Below, piece after piece: positions 9,511-19,700 of a stretch of 64,000 nucleotides of DNA (positions are counted from its first letter, which is position 1; each line of letters begins with the position of its first letter). The notes beneath the pieces are model-generated. The model ran no database searches. It was not told the DNA's origin and saw nothing but the letters and a program-made list of their open reading frames with translations. The stretch comes from Bacteroidota bacterium (GTDB taxonomy: Bacteria > Bacteroidota > Ignavibacteria > UBA10030 > UBA8401): contig JAGVPT010000096.1 in NCBI GenBank assembly GCA_020052095.1, positions 8,571-72,570 on the forward strand. The letters run 5' to 3'. Both the position numbers and the translations under genes were made by a program.

Positions 9511-10713
9511 CTAAGCTTTCTTCACCGATTCTACGAGTGATTCTGCTTCGCCATCCCGAAATATCACCGTGATATGCTCTTTCGCCGACAACTGAGCGAC
9601 CGACGGGACGATCTTCTGATTTCGATAGACGATGGTGTAGCCACGTTTAAGAGCCAGTTCCGGGTCAAGCGATTGAATGCGTTTTGTGAAAGACTGCGCA
9701 CGCTGGCGATCCATCGTTAGACGTTGGCCAACAATTTGGTGCAACCGGCGCTCCACTTCATCAACCCTTTGACTCCGCTGGCGAAACAAGTCTAACGGCT
9801 TGTTGAACGAGTAACTTCCCACCAAGCCTTGGACTTTTTCCTTGCTGGAACGAAGCATGTTGACGACAGAATTTTGAATAGTATAGGAAAAATGTCGTAG
9901 AATATCAATGACATCATTCCTGTCCCGTACGACCAATTCGGCCGCTGCCGACGGAGTAGGCGCTCGCAAATCTGCGACGAAATCACTTATACTGAAATCA
10001 ATCTCATGACCCACGGCACTCACGGTTGGAATTCTCGAAGAATAGATGGCGCGAGCAACAATTTCTTCGTTGAACGCCCAAAGATCCTCCAGCGAACCGC
10101 CGCCCCTCCCAACAATGATCACGTCGATATCAGAAAATGAATTAAGATCTTGAATCGCCTCCGCAATTTCTTCAGCGGCTCCAATTCCCTGAACTTTCAC
10201 TGGAGCCACAATGACCTCGAGTGCAGGAAATCTTCGCGCGAGAATATTCAACATGTCCTGGATCGCCGCTCCCGTCGGCGATGTGACGATTCCTATTTTT
10301 TGCGGATACTCCGGCAGCGGTTTTTTCTGGGCTTCATCGAACAAGCCTTCTGCGCTCAGTTTTTGCTTGAGACGATCAAACGCGAGCTGAAGCTCACCGA
10401 TTCCCACGGGTTGAATTTGAAGACAGTCAATTTGATAATTTCCACGCGGTTCGTAAACGGTGATATTACCCCGAACAATTACTTTCATCCCATCATTGGG
10501 GCGGAATAGGAGTTGAGCTACCCGACTCCGCCACATTACCGCGGACAACGATGCACCTGCGTCCTTCAATGTGAAATAAAGGTGGCCGGAAGAATGATTC
10601 TTGCAATTCGAAATTTCCCCTTGGACCCATACTTCGCTGAATCCCATCTCGAGAACGCCCTTGATGCGACGGGTAATCTCTGTTACCGACAATATGTTCT
10701 TTTCTTCAGCCAT
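9511..10713 (-). CDS. xseA: Exodeoxyribonuclease VII large subunit
   Basis: 400 aa. OB-fold N-terminus (VWVQGEISNCKNHSSGHLYFTLKD) and a catalytic core (IGIVTSPTGAAIQD, GRGGGSLEDLWAFNEE). Confidence 0.9.
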   Translation of the reverse strand: MAEEKNILSVTEITRRIKGVLEMGFSEVWVQGEISNCKNHSSGHLYFTLKDAGASLSAVMWRSRVAQLLFRPNDGMKVIVRGNITVYEPRGNYQIDCLQIQPVGIGELQLAFDRLKQKLSAEGLFDEAQKKPLPEYPQKIGIVTSPTGAAIQDMLNILARRFPALEVIVAPVKVQGIGAAEEIAEAIQDLNSFSDIDVIIVGRGGGSLEDLWAFNEEIVARAIYSSRIPTVSAVGHEIDFSISDFVADLRAPTPSAAAELVVRDRNDVIDILRHFSYTIQNSVVNMLRSSKEKVQGLVGSYSFNKPLDLFRQRSQRVDEVERRLHQIVGQRLTMDRQRAQSFTKRIQSLDPELALKRGYTIVYRNQKIVPSVAQLSAKEHITVIFRDGEAESLVESVKKA

Positions 10714-10770
10714 GGATTAATAATATACCGGAAATTGTCTTAATTTCAAAAATTGCAAAGCGCTCGCTAG

Positions 10771-10970
10771 TGTCTCACTTTCCTCAGGACAGAGAGAGCC
10801 ATCTTGGTAGACTCCATCTTCTCGTTGAGCAGCACCCCTGACGCTACGCGTCTTCCCCTCCTCATTGAGGAGGGGACGGCCCGACCTGTCCGCCGTCTCG
10901 ATGGGCGGAAGCGCCAGGGGTGGTGGCAAACAATCTCGATGGTGTCTCACTTTCTTTGGGACAGAGAGAA
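10771..10970. repeat. Structured intergenic repeat, copy 1 (conserved core 10817-10929)
   Basis: It shares tcttctcgttg..cacccct..cccctcctcattgaggagggg..cccgacctgtccgc..ggcggaag.gc.aggggtggtggcaa with 47705-47826 in the same orientation. It is flanked by two copies of gtgtctcactttc(c/t)t..ggacagagaga. Confidence 0.6.
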
Positions 10971-11149
10971 TGGAATTGGTGACCCATCGAATCCTAACGG
11001 ACAATGAGCTTATCTATCTTGCTCCGGCATAAGAGGAAGAAGAGAGACGGCATATCTGCTCAAAAAGAGACCCTACTCAACGCTCGGCGAAGAAAACTTT
11101 TGCTCTAGTGTACGCCTTTGCGTATATTGGCAAACCAAATGGAGAGAAC

Positions 11150-11869
11150 ATGAAAGTGGACGTATTGGCGTTCGGCGCCCATCCGGACGACGTGGAGATT
11201 ACCTGCGCCGGCACGGTTGCAAAACTGGCCCGGAACGGAAAAAGTGTCGGCATTATTGACTTGACACAGGGAGAACTTGGAACGCGCGGGACAAAATCAA
11301 TTCGCAAGAAAGAGGCAGAAGAAGCAGGGAAAATCCTCGGCATTGCGTTTCGTGAAAATCTGAAAATCCCCGACGGAAATATTGAAGTGAACAGGAGAAA
11401 TGTAACAAGAATTATTGAAACATTGCGCGCGTACCGACCGGAAGTAATCCTCTTTCCCCACTCGCTCGAACGTCATCCTGATCATGAACATGCCTTCCAA
11501 TTATGCAAAGAAGCGTGGTTCTATGCGGGTCTTGAAAAAATTTCGACAACGGTAAACGGCCGTAGACAAGAGCCGTTCCGGCCGAAGAAATATTTTCATT
11601 TCATGCAGAAGTATGAGTTTACGCCTTCTTTTATCGTCGACGTTTCGAATGTCTACGAGTTGAAAACAAAGTGTTTGCATGCCTACGAGTCACAATTTCA
11701 CAATCCAAGGAGCAAGGAGAGGGAAACCCTCCTTTCTTCGAAGCTTTTTCTCGAATACATCAGGGCGCGGGATTTGCACTACGGCGGTCTGATTAATGTC
11801 GAGTTTGGCGAACCGTTTTTTTCCATTGAACCAATTGGCGTAGACTCATTCTTTGGATTGAAGATGTGA
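11150..11869 (+). CDS. bshB1: PIG-L/LmbE family deacetylase, BshB1-like (bacillithiol biosynthesis)
   Basis: MKVDVLAFGAHPDDVEITCAGTVAKLARNGKSVGIIDLTQGELGTRGT plus HPDHEH. The ORF opens at 11108 but the family N-terminus starts at the 11150 Met. Confidence 0.8.
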   Translation: MKVDVLAFGAHPDDVEITCAGTVAKLARNGKSVGIIDLTQGELGTRGTKSIRKKEAEEAGKILGIAFRENLKIPDGNIEVNRRNVTRIIETLRAYRPEVILFPHSLERHPDHEHAFQLCKEAWFYAGLEKISTTVNGRRQEPFRPKKYFHFMQKYEFTPSFIVDVSNVYELKTKCLHAYESQFHNPRSKERETLLSSKLFLEYIRARDLHYGGLINVEFGEPFFSIEPIGVDSFFGLKM

Positions 11870-12828
11870 CGACCCCCGACCTCCAAGAGCCGAAATCTCT
11901 TTCGATCATGCCTCAGGATAGTGATACTACCGAAGCTTCCCCCACGTGTCCGCTATGCAAGAAGAATAAAAGCACTTCGTTTCCCATCTCTTACTTGCTT
12001 GATCAGAAAACATTTGATGCAAGGAAGTGTCTTTCGTGCAATTTTGTCTATCTTGCTCCCCGGCCGACCAGTCGCGAGATAGCACTCATGTATAGCGACG
12101 AATACTTTCTCCACGACGGCGCCGACTTTGGCGCACATTCTGCCCAGGACTACGAAACTGCTGCACGGCTTGGCTCGGTGAAATTTCCAGAGATCCTGGG
12201 ATGGATCAAGAAATATCAAACGGACGGTAAATTCTTTGAGATAGGCTGTGGCATGGGATATTTTCTGGATTATGCACGACAACATGGTTTCGAAGTCTCA
12301 GGGATTGAGTTTGCCGCGCTTGGCGCAAATGCATGCAAAGAGAAGTTCGGGCTAGAGGTTCTCCAATCATCATTTGAGAAGTACCCCGTTAAGGAGAACT
12401 TGTACACCGTAATTTTCATGGGAGACGTACTGGAGCACTTCAATGAACCGTTGGAAATGCTCCAGAAGGCTCACGCGATGCTAAAGTCGGGCGGAATTGT
12501 TGCGGCAGAAGTTCCATCGATGTTTAATAGCATCACGGGAAGACTAGCAGTGGCCGGGCTGAACATTCTTGGCAAAACAAAGAAAATGCCAATGCCTCCG
12601 TACCATGTAAACGAGTTTACTCCGCGCACACTAGCTTTGATGCTCAAAACCGCGGGCTTCGGCAGCGTCAGAATTGTGCAGAGAATAAAATCGCCGCAAC
12701 GCATAACACTCAGGGGAAATGTGTTTGAAAAGACAACGAAGAAGTTCCTTCAATACCCAAACTTTTACATTACACGATTGGCAGGAGTTCTCGGGGACAG
12801 ACTCCTTGCGATAGGAATCAGGACTTAG
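11866..12828 (+). CDS. Class I SAM-dependent methyltransferase with N-terminal Cys4 ribbon
   Basis: SAM motif I FEIGCGMGYFLDY preceded by CPLC...CLSC. The GTG start overlaps the bshB1 stop. An alternative ATG lies at 11908. Confidence 0.75.
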   Translation: MTTPDLQEPKSLSIMPQDSDTTEASPTCPLCKKNKSTSFPISYLLDQKTFDARKCLSCNFVYLAPRPTSREIALMYSDEYFLHDGADFGAHSAQDYETAARLGSVKFPEILGWIKKYQTDGKFFEIGCGMGYFLDYARQHGFEVSGIEFAALGANACKEKFGLEVLQSSFEKYPVKENLYTVIFMGDVLEHFNEPLEMLQKAHAMLKSGGIVAAEVPSMFNSITGRLAVAGLNILGKTKKMPMPPYHVNEFTPRTLALMLKTAGFGSVRIVQRIKSPQRITLRGNVFEKTTKKFLQYPNFYITRLAGVLGDRLLAIGIRT

Positions 12829-13200
12829 CGGATTCTGAAAAACTGTTACCTAAGTCATTGCGATACCAGCCTCAGTCGGCTGAAGGGATCCCGGATATTA
12901 ACTTGGTATTGAGACTGCTGCCTCGCTTTTCTATAAGCTCGTATGTCGCTTCACGCAGTGACATCTATCCGGAGTTTTTCAGATGCGCTTCAAATCATCT
13001 CTATTTGTGATTGTTCTTGATAAAGCCTTGTAAATACTGTAACTTCTTGAGCAGGGACAAAAAAAGGTGCATATTTTCCAATAAAAGCGAAGCAGGATTA
13101 CCGCAATTCCTGAGAGTGGGATAAAGAAAACCCGGTTTTGGATGGATAACGGGAATTTATTCAGCGGCACGATTGTTGAGTATTTAGTCAGAACGAATAA

Positions 13201-13656
13201 ATGAGACGCTTTCCCAAACATATCGTTGTAGTCGGCCGGTTACTCGTAGTGTTGTTTGTCTTGGCCAACTCAGGCTTCACAGCAGTCCTTCATCAATGCG
13301 CGATGGGCGGCGAACAGTCTGCCCAATCCAATCAAACCATCGAGTGCTGCAGCACTTCGAGCGAAAATAGCCGCAGCGCGTGCGAGGTTCCGCAAGCCAC
13401 ACCGTCATCGTCGATTGTCAATCAATTCACTTGTCACACAAATACAGTTGTTGGCGGACTGGCTGGTACGTCTGCCCTTCTCGAAAAGGAAAGCAAGACC
13501 CAACTCTCAAAGCTTGGTGAATGGTCAGGAAATCTTGCGCAAGAGATCGTTTTCAAACCGATCATTAACCACTCTTTTACCCTCGCTCACTTCGCTATAA
13601 ACACGTCTCCGCCCTCTGTGGAGAAGTGTGTCCTCAACTCCTCTTTTCTTATCTAA
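13201..13656 (+). CDS. Hypothetical Cys-rich membrane-anchored protein (paralog of 26608..26976)
   Basis: 151 aa. N-terminal TM, then HQCAM, ECCS and further Cys residues. It is the first gene of the RND operon and shares architecture and the C-A-M motif with the 26.6-kb ORF. Confidence 0.5.
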   Translation: MRRFPKHIVVVGRLLVVLFVLANSGFTAVLHQCAMGGEQSAQSNQTIECCSTSSENSRSACEVPQATPSSSIVNQFTCHTNTVVGGLAGTSALLEKESKTQLSKLGEWSGNLAQEIVFKPIINHSFTLAHFAINTSPPSVEKCVLNSSFLI

Positions 13657-13824
13657 ATAGCACCTTCCTCATATCGTAAGGCTCGAAGGGTGTATTCTGT
13701 CCGCCCCTTTTTGAGCTGAACGGTTCCTTGCTCTCTCTCTGCCTTAGTTCTTGATTGTGAAGCTTACAGAGACAACAATCGGATTTCCAATAGCTAATTA
13801 ATAATGAAGGAGTATCAGCAAATG

Positions 13825-15105
13825 CTGAAAGTCATCGCAATCCTGACCATTGCTTTCACACTAATCGGTCCGGCGCAACTTTTGTCCCAAGAATCGCAGC
13901 CGCTTAATCTTGATGAACTTGTTGCCGAGGCGCTTCAAAATAGCCCGCAGCTTCGATCTGCACGGAACCAGGCGGCAGCAGCAAGAACAAAAGTCGACCA
14001 AGTGACGTCGTGGGATGCACCGCAAATCGGATTTGAATTTTATCAAACTCCGATTCAGTCATTTCCCAATCCACTCAAGAATGGAATGGAGACCGACTAC
14101 TTCGTTCAGCAGATGATTCCTTTCCCCGGAAAGCTCTCAGCGATGGGAAAAGCCGCAGAAAATACTGCAGGCATGATAGATCAAGGATACAAAGCACTTG
14201 AGCGACGAATTATCCGTGATTTGAAATCTGCATACTACGAACTCTACCTCGTCCAACGCAAAATCCAAATCAACGCCGAAAATCAGGAATTGATGAGGAA
14301 ATTTGCGGAGATCGCGCGCAAGCAATACGAAGTCGGAATGGGCCAGCAGGCAGATATTTTGCGCGCACAGACCGAGCTGTCGACACTCATCAACGAGGGT
14401 GTTAATCTCCTGAAGGAAAAGAAAGTAGTGGAATCGATGATCAACACGACATTGAGTAGACAGGCAAATGCTCCTCTCGGGTCCGTGGCTGATGTCGAGA
14501 ATACAATCCCTCAATGGACATTCGAGCAACTTCGTCCGCTTGCTCTTGAGAATCGTCCTGAACTAAGGGGAATGACTTTCAATATCGATATGAACAAAGC
14601 TGAATTGTCCGGCTCAAAACGTGAATATTACCCGGATATAATGGCACGTGTTATGTACAAAAACATGGCTGACAGTAAAGACGATTTTTGGTCTGCCATG
14701 GTTGGAATCAATGTTCCACTGGCGTTTTGGTCGAGCGGAAGATACACATCGAAGGTCGAAGAAAATGAACTAAATGTGCGCAAGGCAGAAGATGACCTTG
14801 CGAGCATGAGCAATATGGTGTCATTTGAAGTTCAGGATGCTTTGGTGAAAGTGCAATCCAATTACAATTTGGTTCTTCTCTATAAAAACACCACCATCCC
14901 ACAGGCAGAACAAACATTGCAAGCGACACTGTCGGCATATCAAACGGGCAAAACAGAATTCTTAATGGTCATCGATGCTTATCGTATGCAACTCATGGCA
15001 AAATTGGATCATTACATGTCGGTGATGAGCTATATGGCAAGCCAGGCACAGTTGGAACAAGCCGTCGGGTTGGACATTGCACACATTTCGGAACGAGTTC
15101 AGTAA
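13825..15105 (+). CDS. TolC-family outer membrane efflux protein (CusC/CzcC-like)
   Basis: About 426 aa. Signal peptide followed by the two-repeat TolC helical pattern. An AAGGAG RBS lies 9 nt upstream of ATG 13825, and the ORF also has an ATG at 13804. Confidence 0.8.
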   Translation: MKVIAILTIAFTLIGPAQLLSQESQPLNLDELVAEALQNSPQLRSARNQAAAARTKVDQVTSWDAPQIGFEFYQTPIQSFPNPLKNGMETDYFVQQMIPFPGKLSAMGKAAENTAGMIDQGYKALERRIIRDLKSAYYELYLVQRKIQINAENQELMRKFAEIARKQYEVGMGQQADILRAQTELSTLINEGVNLLKEKKVVESMINTTLSRQANAPLGSVADVENTIPQWTFEQLRPLALENRPELRGMTFNIDMNKAELSGSKREYYPDIMARVMYKNMADSKDDFWSAMVGINVPLAFWSSGRYTSKVEENELNVRKAEDDLASMSNMVSFEVQDALVKVQSNYNLVLLYKNTTIPQAEQTLQATLSAYQTGKTEFLMVIDAYRMQLMAKLDHYMSVMSYMASQAQLEQAVGLDIAHISERVQ

Positions 15106-15130
15106 TTTTATCATCAAGGAGTACGTAATT

Positions 15131-16693
15131 ATGAAGAAAGTCATTATCACAGCAGTTGTCGGCATTCTCCTGGGTTTAGGCGTTGGTTGGTTTGTCTTTC
15201 ATCCCAGCGCTAAGAGCAACGCTTCTAAAGAGCGTAAGATTCTTTTTTATCGCGATCCTATGAATCCACAAATAACCTCCCCGACGCAGAAGAAATCCTC
15301 GGACGGAATGGACTTTGTACCTGTCTATGCGGAACAGTCCGGGGGGACCGGAGAGAAAAAGATCGCCTATTACAAAGATCCGATGCATCCATGGTTTACG
15401 TCAGACAAACCGGGGAAGGCTCCCGATTGCGGAATGGATCTCGTGCCTGCATACGAAGGCGAAAGCGATACGAAAGGGATCAAGATTGATCCGGTCACTG
15501 TCCAGAATATTGGCGTCAAGACTGAAGTCGCAGAAAACAGGAAGCTCACCAAGACTATCCGCGCAACTGGCAAGGTCGATTATGACGAGACGAAAGTCTA
15601 CTCCGTAACGACCAAGATTATGGGATATGTCGAGCGACTTTATGTTGATTATACCGGAAAGACTGTTCGCAAAGGTGAAGTCCTCATGGATCTGTACAGC
15701 CCTGAGCTGGTGACGACACAGCAGGAGTACCTTCAAGCGATTCGCTATCAAAAGGAATTAGAAAAGAGCAGCATTGAAGAGGCGCGCAAGGGCGCCGAAG
15801 AACTTGTGCAAAGTGCAAAGCGTCGACTTCTCTACTGGGATATTCCGGAGAGCGAGATCAAGGCGCTTGAAGAACGCGGAACGCCAAAGAAGACGATGAC
15901 AATTGTTTCTCCGGTTGATGGTGTTGTGATGGATAAGATGGTACTTAAGGGACAAAATGTTATGGCCGGAATGACGCTCTATAAAATAGTTGATCTTTCT
16001 ACCGTGTGGATTCTCGCAGATGTTTATCAATATGAACTCCCGTGGTTGAAAGTGGGACAGACGGCCGACATCGAGCTGTCATATCTTCCAGGCAAACAGT
16101 TTAGCGGTACGGTGAGCTACGTCTATCCATACCTCAACATGGAAACAAAGACTGTAAAAGTGCGAATTCAAGTGACCAACACACTTAACATAGAATTCAA
16201 ACCGGAAATGTACGCGACAGTTAAGCTTTCATCGCCGCTGGCTATAAATGCTGTGACAGTTTCAGACCAGGCGATCATTCGTACGGGTGCGAGAAATATT
16301 ATTGTGGTTGCACTCGGCGGCGGATACTTTGATCCACGAGACGTTACGGTAGGTGTAACCGCAGATGGATACACCCAAGTTCTTGATGGTATACAGGCGG
16401 GAGAGAGTATTGTCACCTCATCGCAATTCTTAATTGATTCCGAAAGCAATCTGAAAGCTGCAATCAATCAGATGAAGGGGCATGAGGGAATGGACATGTC
16501 CAAACCGATGGAAGAAAAGTCGGACTCCTCCGGCCAGCACAAGGGTCACGATATGAATGGAGCGCCCAAAAAGGATCAATCCAAGGCACATGAGGAGCAC
16601 GTGCCCAAAAAAGTGCATCAAAAGGAAAAACCATCCGAACAGGTGAATCATGACATGAGGGATATGCCTGGCATGGATCACGAGAACCATTAA
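15131..16693 (+). CDS. RND efflux periplasmic adaptor (CusB/CzcB-like) with degenerate N-terminal metal-binding repeats and His/Met-rich tail
   Basis: AAGGAG RBS before ATG 15131. Tandem YRDPMNP...DGMDFVP and YKDPMHP...DCGMDLVP motifs, an HlyD-like barrel-sandwich core, and a C-terminal tail rich in H, M, D and K. Confidence 0.85.
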   Translation: MKKVIITAVVGILLGLGVGWFVFHPSAKSNASKERKILFYRDPMNPQITSPTQKKSSDGMDFVPVYAEQSGGTGEKKIAYYKDPMHPWFTSDKPGKAPDCGMDLVPAYEGESDTKGIKIDPVTVQNIGVKTEVAENRKLTKTIRATGKVDYDETKVYSVTTKIMGYVERLYVDYTGKTVRKGEVLMDLYSPELVTTQQEYLQAIRYQKELEKSSIEEARKGAEELVQSAKRRLLYWDIPESEIKALEERGTPKKTMTIVSPVDGVVMDKMVLKGQNVMAGMTLYKIVDLSTVWILADVYQYELPWLKVGQTADIELSYLPGKQFSGTVSYVYPYLNMETKTVKVRIQVTNTLNIEFKPEMYATVKLSSPLAINAVTVSDQAIIRTGARNIIVVALGGGYFDPRDVTVGVTADGYTQVLDGIQAGESIVTSSQFLIDSESNLKAAINQMKGHEGMDMSKPMEEKSDSSGQHKGHDMNGAPKKDQSKAHEEHVPKKVHQKEKPSEQVNHDMRDMPGMDHENH

Positions 16694-16738
16694 CTCGGCA
16701 ATCCAAATAATTCTTGTAGATATATAACGGAGAATACA

Positions 16739-19700
16739 ATGCTAGAAAAAATCATTGAAGCATCTGTTCGCAACAAATTCATGGTCATCCTTGCCGTCTT
16801 ATTCCTCATCGGCTTGGGGATCTACTCGATGTTCAAGATCCCGATTGATGCAATACCAGATTTGAGTGACGTCCAAGTCATCATTTACACAACGTATGAA
16901 GGTCAATCACCGCGCATCGTTGAGGATCAGGTCACCTATCCGCTGACGACAGCGATGGTGGCCGTACCGGGTTCTAAAGTTGTGCGAGGGTATTCCTTCT
17001 TCGGATATTCACTTGTGTATGTGATATTTGAAGACGGAACCGACATTTACTGGGCACGAAGTCGCGTTCTCGAGTATTTGAATTACGCGCAGAAGCGACT
17101 GCCAAAAAACGTAATACCGACTTTAGGTCCTGATGCAACAGGAGTCGGCTGGGTCTTTGAATATACCCTTACATCAGATAAACGCTCGCTGCAAGAATTG
17201 CGTTCGTATCAAGACTGGTATTTGAAGTATGAGTTGACTGCCGTTGAGGGAGTTGCAGAAGTCGCGAGCATCGGAGGCTTCGTCAAGGAGTATCAAGTTA
17301 CGGTAGATCCTGCAAAACTTCTTGCATATAACATTCCGCTGAACATGGTGGAGATGGCGATTACGAATTCCAACAACGACGTGGGCGGCGAAGTCGTTGA
17401 GATGGGTGAAACGGAATTCATGGTGAGGGGCTTGGGCTATATCAAATCATTGGACGACATTAAAGACATTCCCGTTATGGTGGATAAGAAAAGCGGCACG
17501 CCCGTCTATATTCGGGACATTGCTGATGTGACGCTTGGTCCTCTCATGCGGCGAGGTCTTGTGGAGAGCAATGGAGAAGGTGAAGTTGTGGGTGGTATCA
17601 TCGTGATGCGGTATGGCCAGAACGCACTGGATGTGATTGATAATGTGAAGAAGAAACTGGACGTCTTAAAACAAGGATTACCTGAAGACGTGAAGATAAC
17701 GACCGCCTATGACCGCTCGTCGTTAATCGAACGCGCTATTGAAACGCTTAAGGAAAAACTCATTGAAGAAATCGTCATTGTTGCAATCGTTTGTATTCTC
17801 TTCCTGCTTCATGCCCGGAGTGCATTTGTCGCCATCTTCACGTTGCCAACGGCAATTCTCATGGCATTTATCGTGATGAGGTGGCAAGGCATCAATGCCA
17901 ACATCATGTCGCTCGGCGGGATTGCCATAGCAATCGGAGCTATGGTGGATGCCGCTATCATAATGATTGAAAATGCCCACAAGCATATAGAGCGAGAGAA
18001 TGAAAAGCCACCGGAACAGCGAAAGGACCACTGGCAGATAATTCTGGACGCTTCAAAAGAAGTGGGACCCGCTTTGTTCTATTCTCTTCTTGTCATCACA
18101 GTTTCATTTATTCCCGTTTTCACTTTGGAGGCTCAGGAAGGACGATTGTTCCGTCCGTTGGCATTTACCAAGACATATTCAATGGCGGCCGCAGCCATCC
18201 TATCAATCACGATTGTTCCGATCCTCATGGGATATTGGATCCGCGGGAAGATCCTACCGGAAGAACGCAACCCTATTAACCGATTCCTTATCCGAATTTA
18301 TACCCCCGTTGTTGAATTTGTTCTGAAGTTCAACAAGTGGATCATCGTTGCGGCTCTTCTTATCATGGGCGTAACATTCTACCCCTTCAGCAAGATTGGT
18401 TCGGAGTTTATGCCGCCGCTCTACGAGGGTGATCTACTGTATATGCCGACAACTCTTCCCGGCATGTCGATTACCAAAGCAAGAGAACTGCTGCAGCAGA
18501 CTGATAAAATCATCCGTCAATACCCCGAAGTGCATCATGTATTCGGAAAAATCGGGCGGGCAGAAACTGCCACAGACCCTGCAGGACTGGACATGGTGGA
18601 AACGACTATCATGCTTAAACCGGAAATCGAATGGCGACCGGGTATGACTGTCCAAAAACTGATTGATGAGATGGATCGTTCCATTCAATTCCCAGGCGTG
18701 ACTAACGCATGGACAATGCCGATTAAGACCCGTGTCGACATGTTGAGCACAGGAATTAAAACGCCTGTCGGAATCAAAATCTCGGGTCCCGATCTTGCGA
18801 TATTGGAAAAGATTGGAACGGAGGTCGAAGCGATAGTGCGGACCGTGCCTGGAACGCTCAGTGCCTTCGCCGAACGCGCCGTCGGCGGCAATTATTTGGA
18901 TTTCGACATCAATCGGAAGGAGGCTGCACGGTATGGTCTTACTGTCGGCGATGTGCAAAACGTAATTCAGACGGCTATGGGCGGAATGAGTATTACAAAC
19001 ACCGTCGAAGGTTTAGAGCGATACCCGGTGAACCTCCGGTACAGCCGTGAGTTGCGCGATAATATCGAGGCGCTTCAACGAGTGCTTGTCCCGACACCGA
19101 CCGGTGTGCAAATTCCTATTGGTCAACTGGCGACTATCGCGACGCGAAAAGGTCCCATGGTAATACGGAGCGAAGACACTCGTCCCAACGCATGGGTGTA
19201 TATCGATATTAAAGACATCGATGTCGGAACGTATGTTCAGAACGCGAAAAAGATTGTGGCAGAAAAAATAAAGCTTCCGGCCGGTTACAACATTATATGG
19301 AGCGGAGAGTACGAATATATGCAGCGGGCGCAACAGCGTTTGATGCTTGTAATTCCGCTGACCCTCTTCATCATTTTTGTGATCATCTATTTGAATACAC
19401 GATCCTTGACAAAAGTGGCAATCGTATTTCTGGCCGTTCCCTTCTCTCTCGTCGGCGCATTCTGGTTTCTCTACTTCCTAGGATACAACCTCAGTATTGC
19501 CGTATGGGTTGGCATCATCGCGCTGGCCGGATTGGATGCTGAGACCGGAGTGGTGATGCTTCTCTACCTTGATCAAGCCTATGACGAATGGAAACAGAAA
19601 GGACTCATGCGGGGCTTGAAAGATCTCAAAGAGGCAATTCACCATGGGGCCGTGAAGCGCGTTCGCCCGAAAATTATGACAGCGTCAGTAATCATCGCGG

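Noticed and set aside
10717-11004. 95-aa minus ORF, and the 77-aa minus ORF at 47689-47922, sharing LPPPLALPP
   Set aside because: The shared peptide stretches coincide exactly with the DNA-level conserved blocks of the structured repeat, and outside these blocks the two proteins are unrelated. No RBS or functional motif is present. I treat them as by-products of a non-coding repeat.
12979-13221. 80-aa minus-strand ORF in the island's left boundary region
   Set aside because: It is an AT-rich, Phe/Ile/Leu-biased translation with no RBS or motif, and it overlaps the start of the plus-strand 13201 gene.
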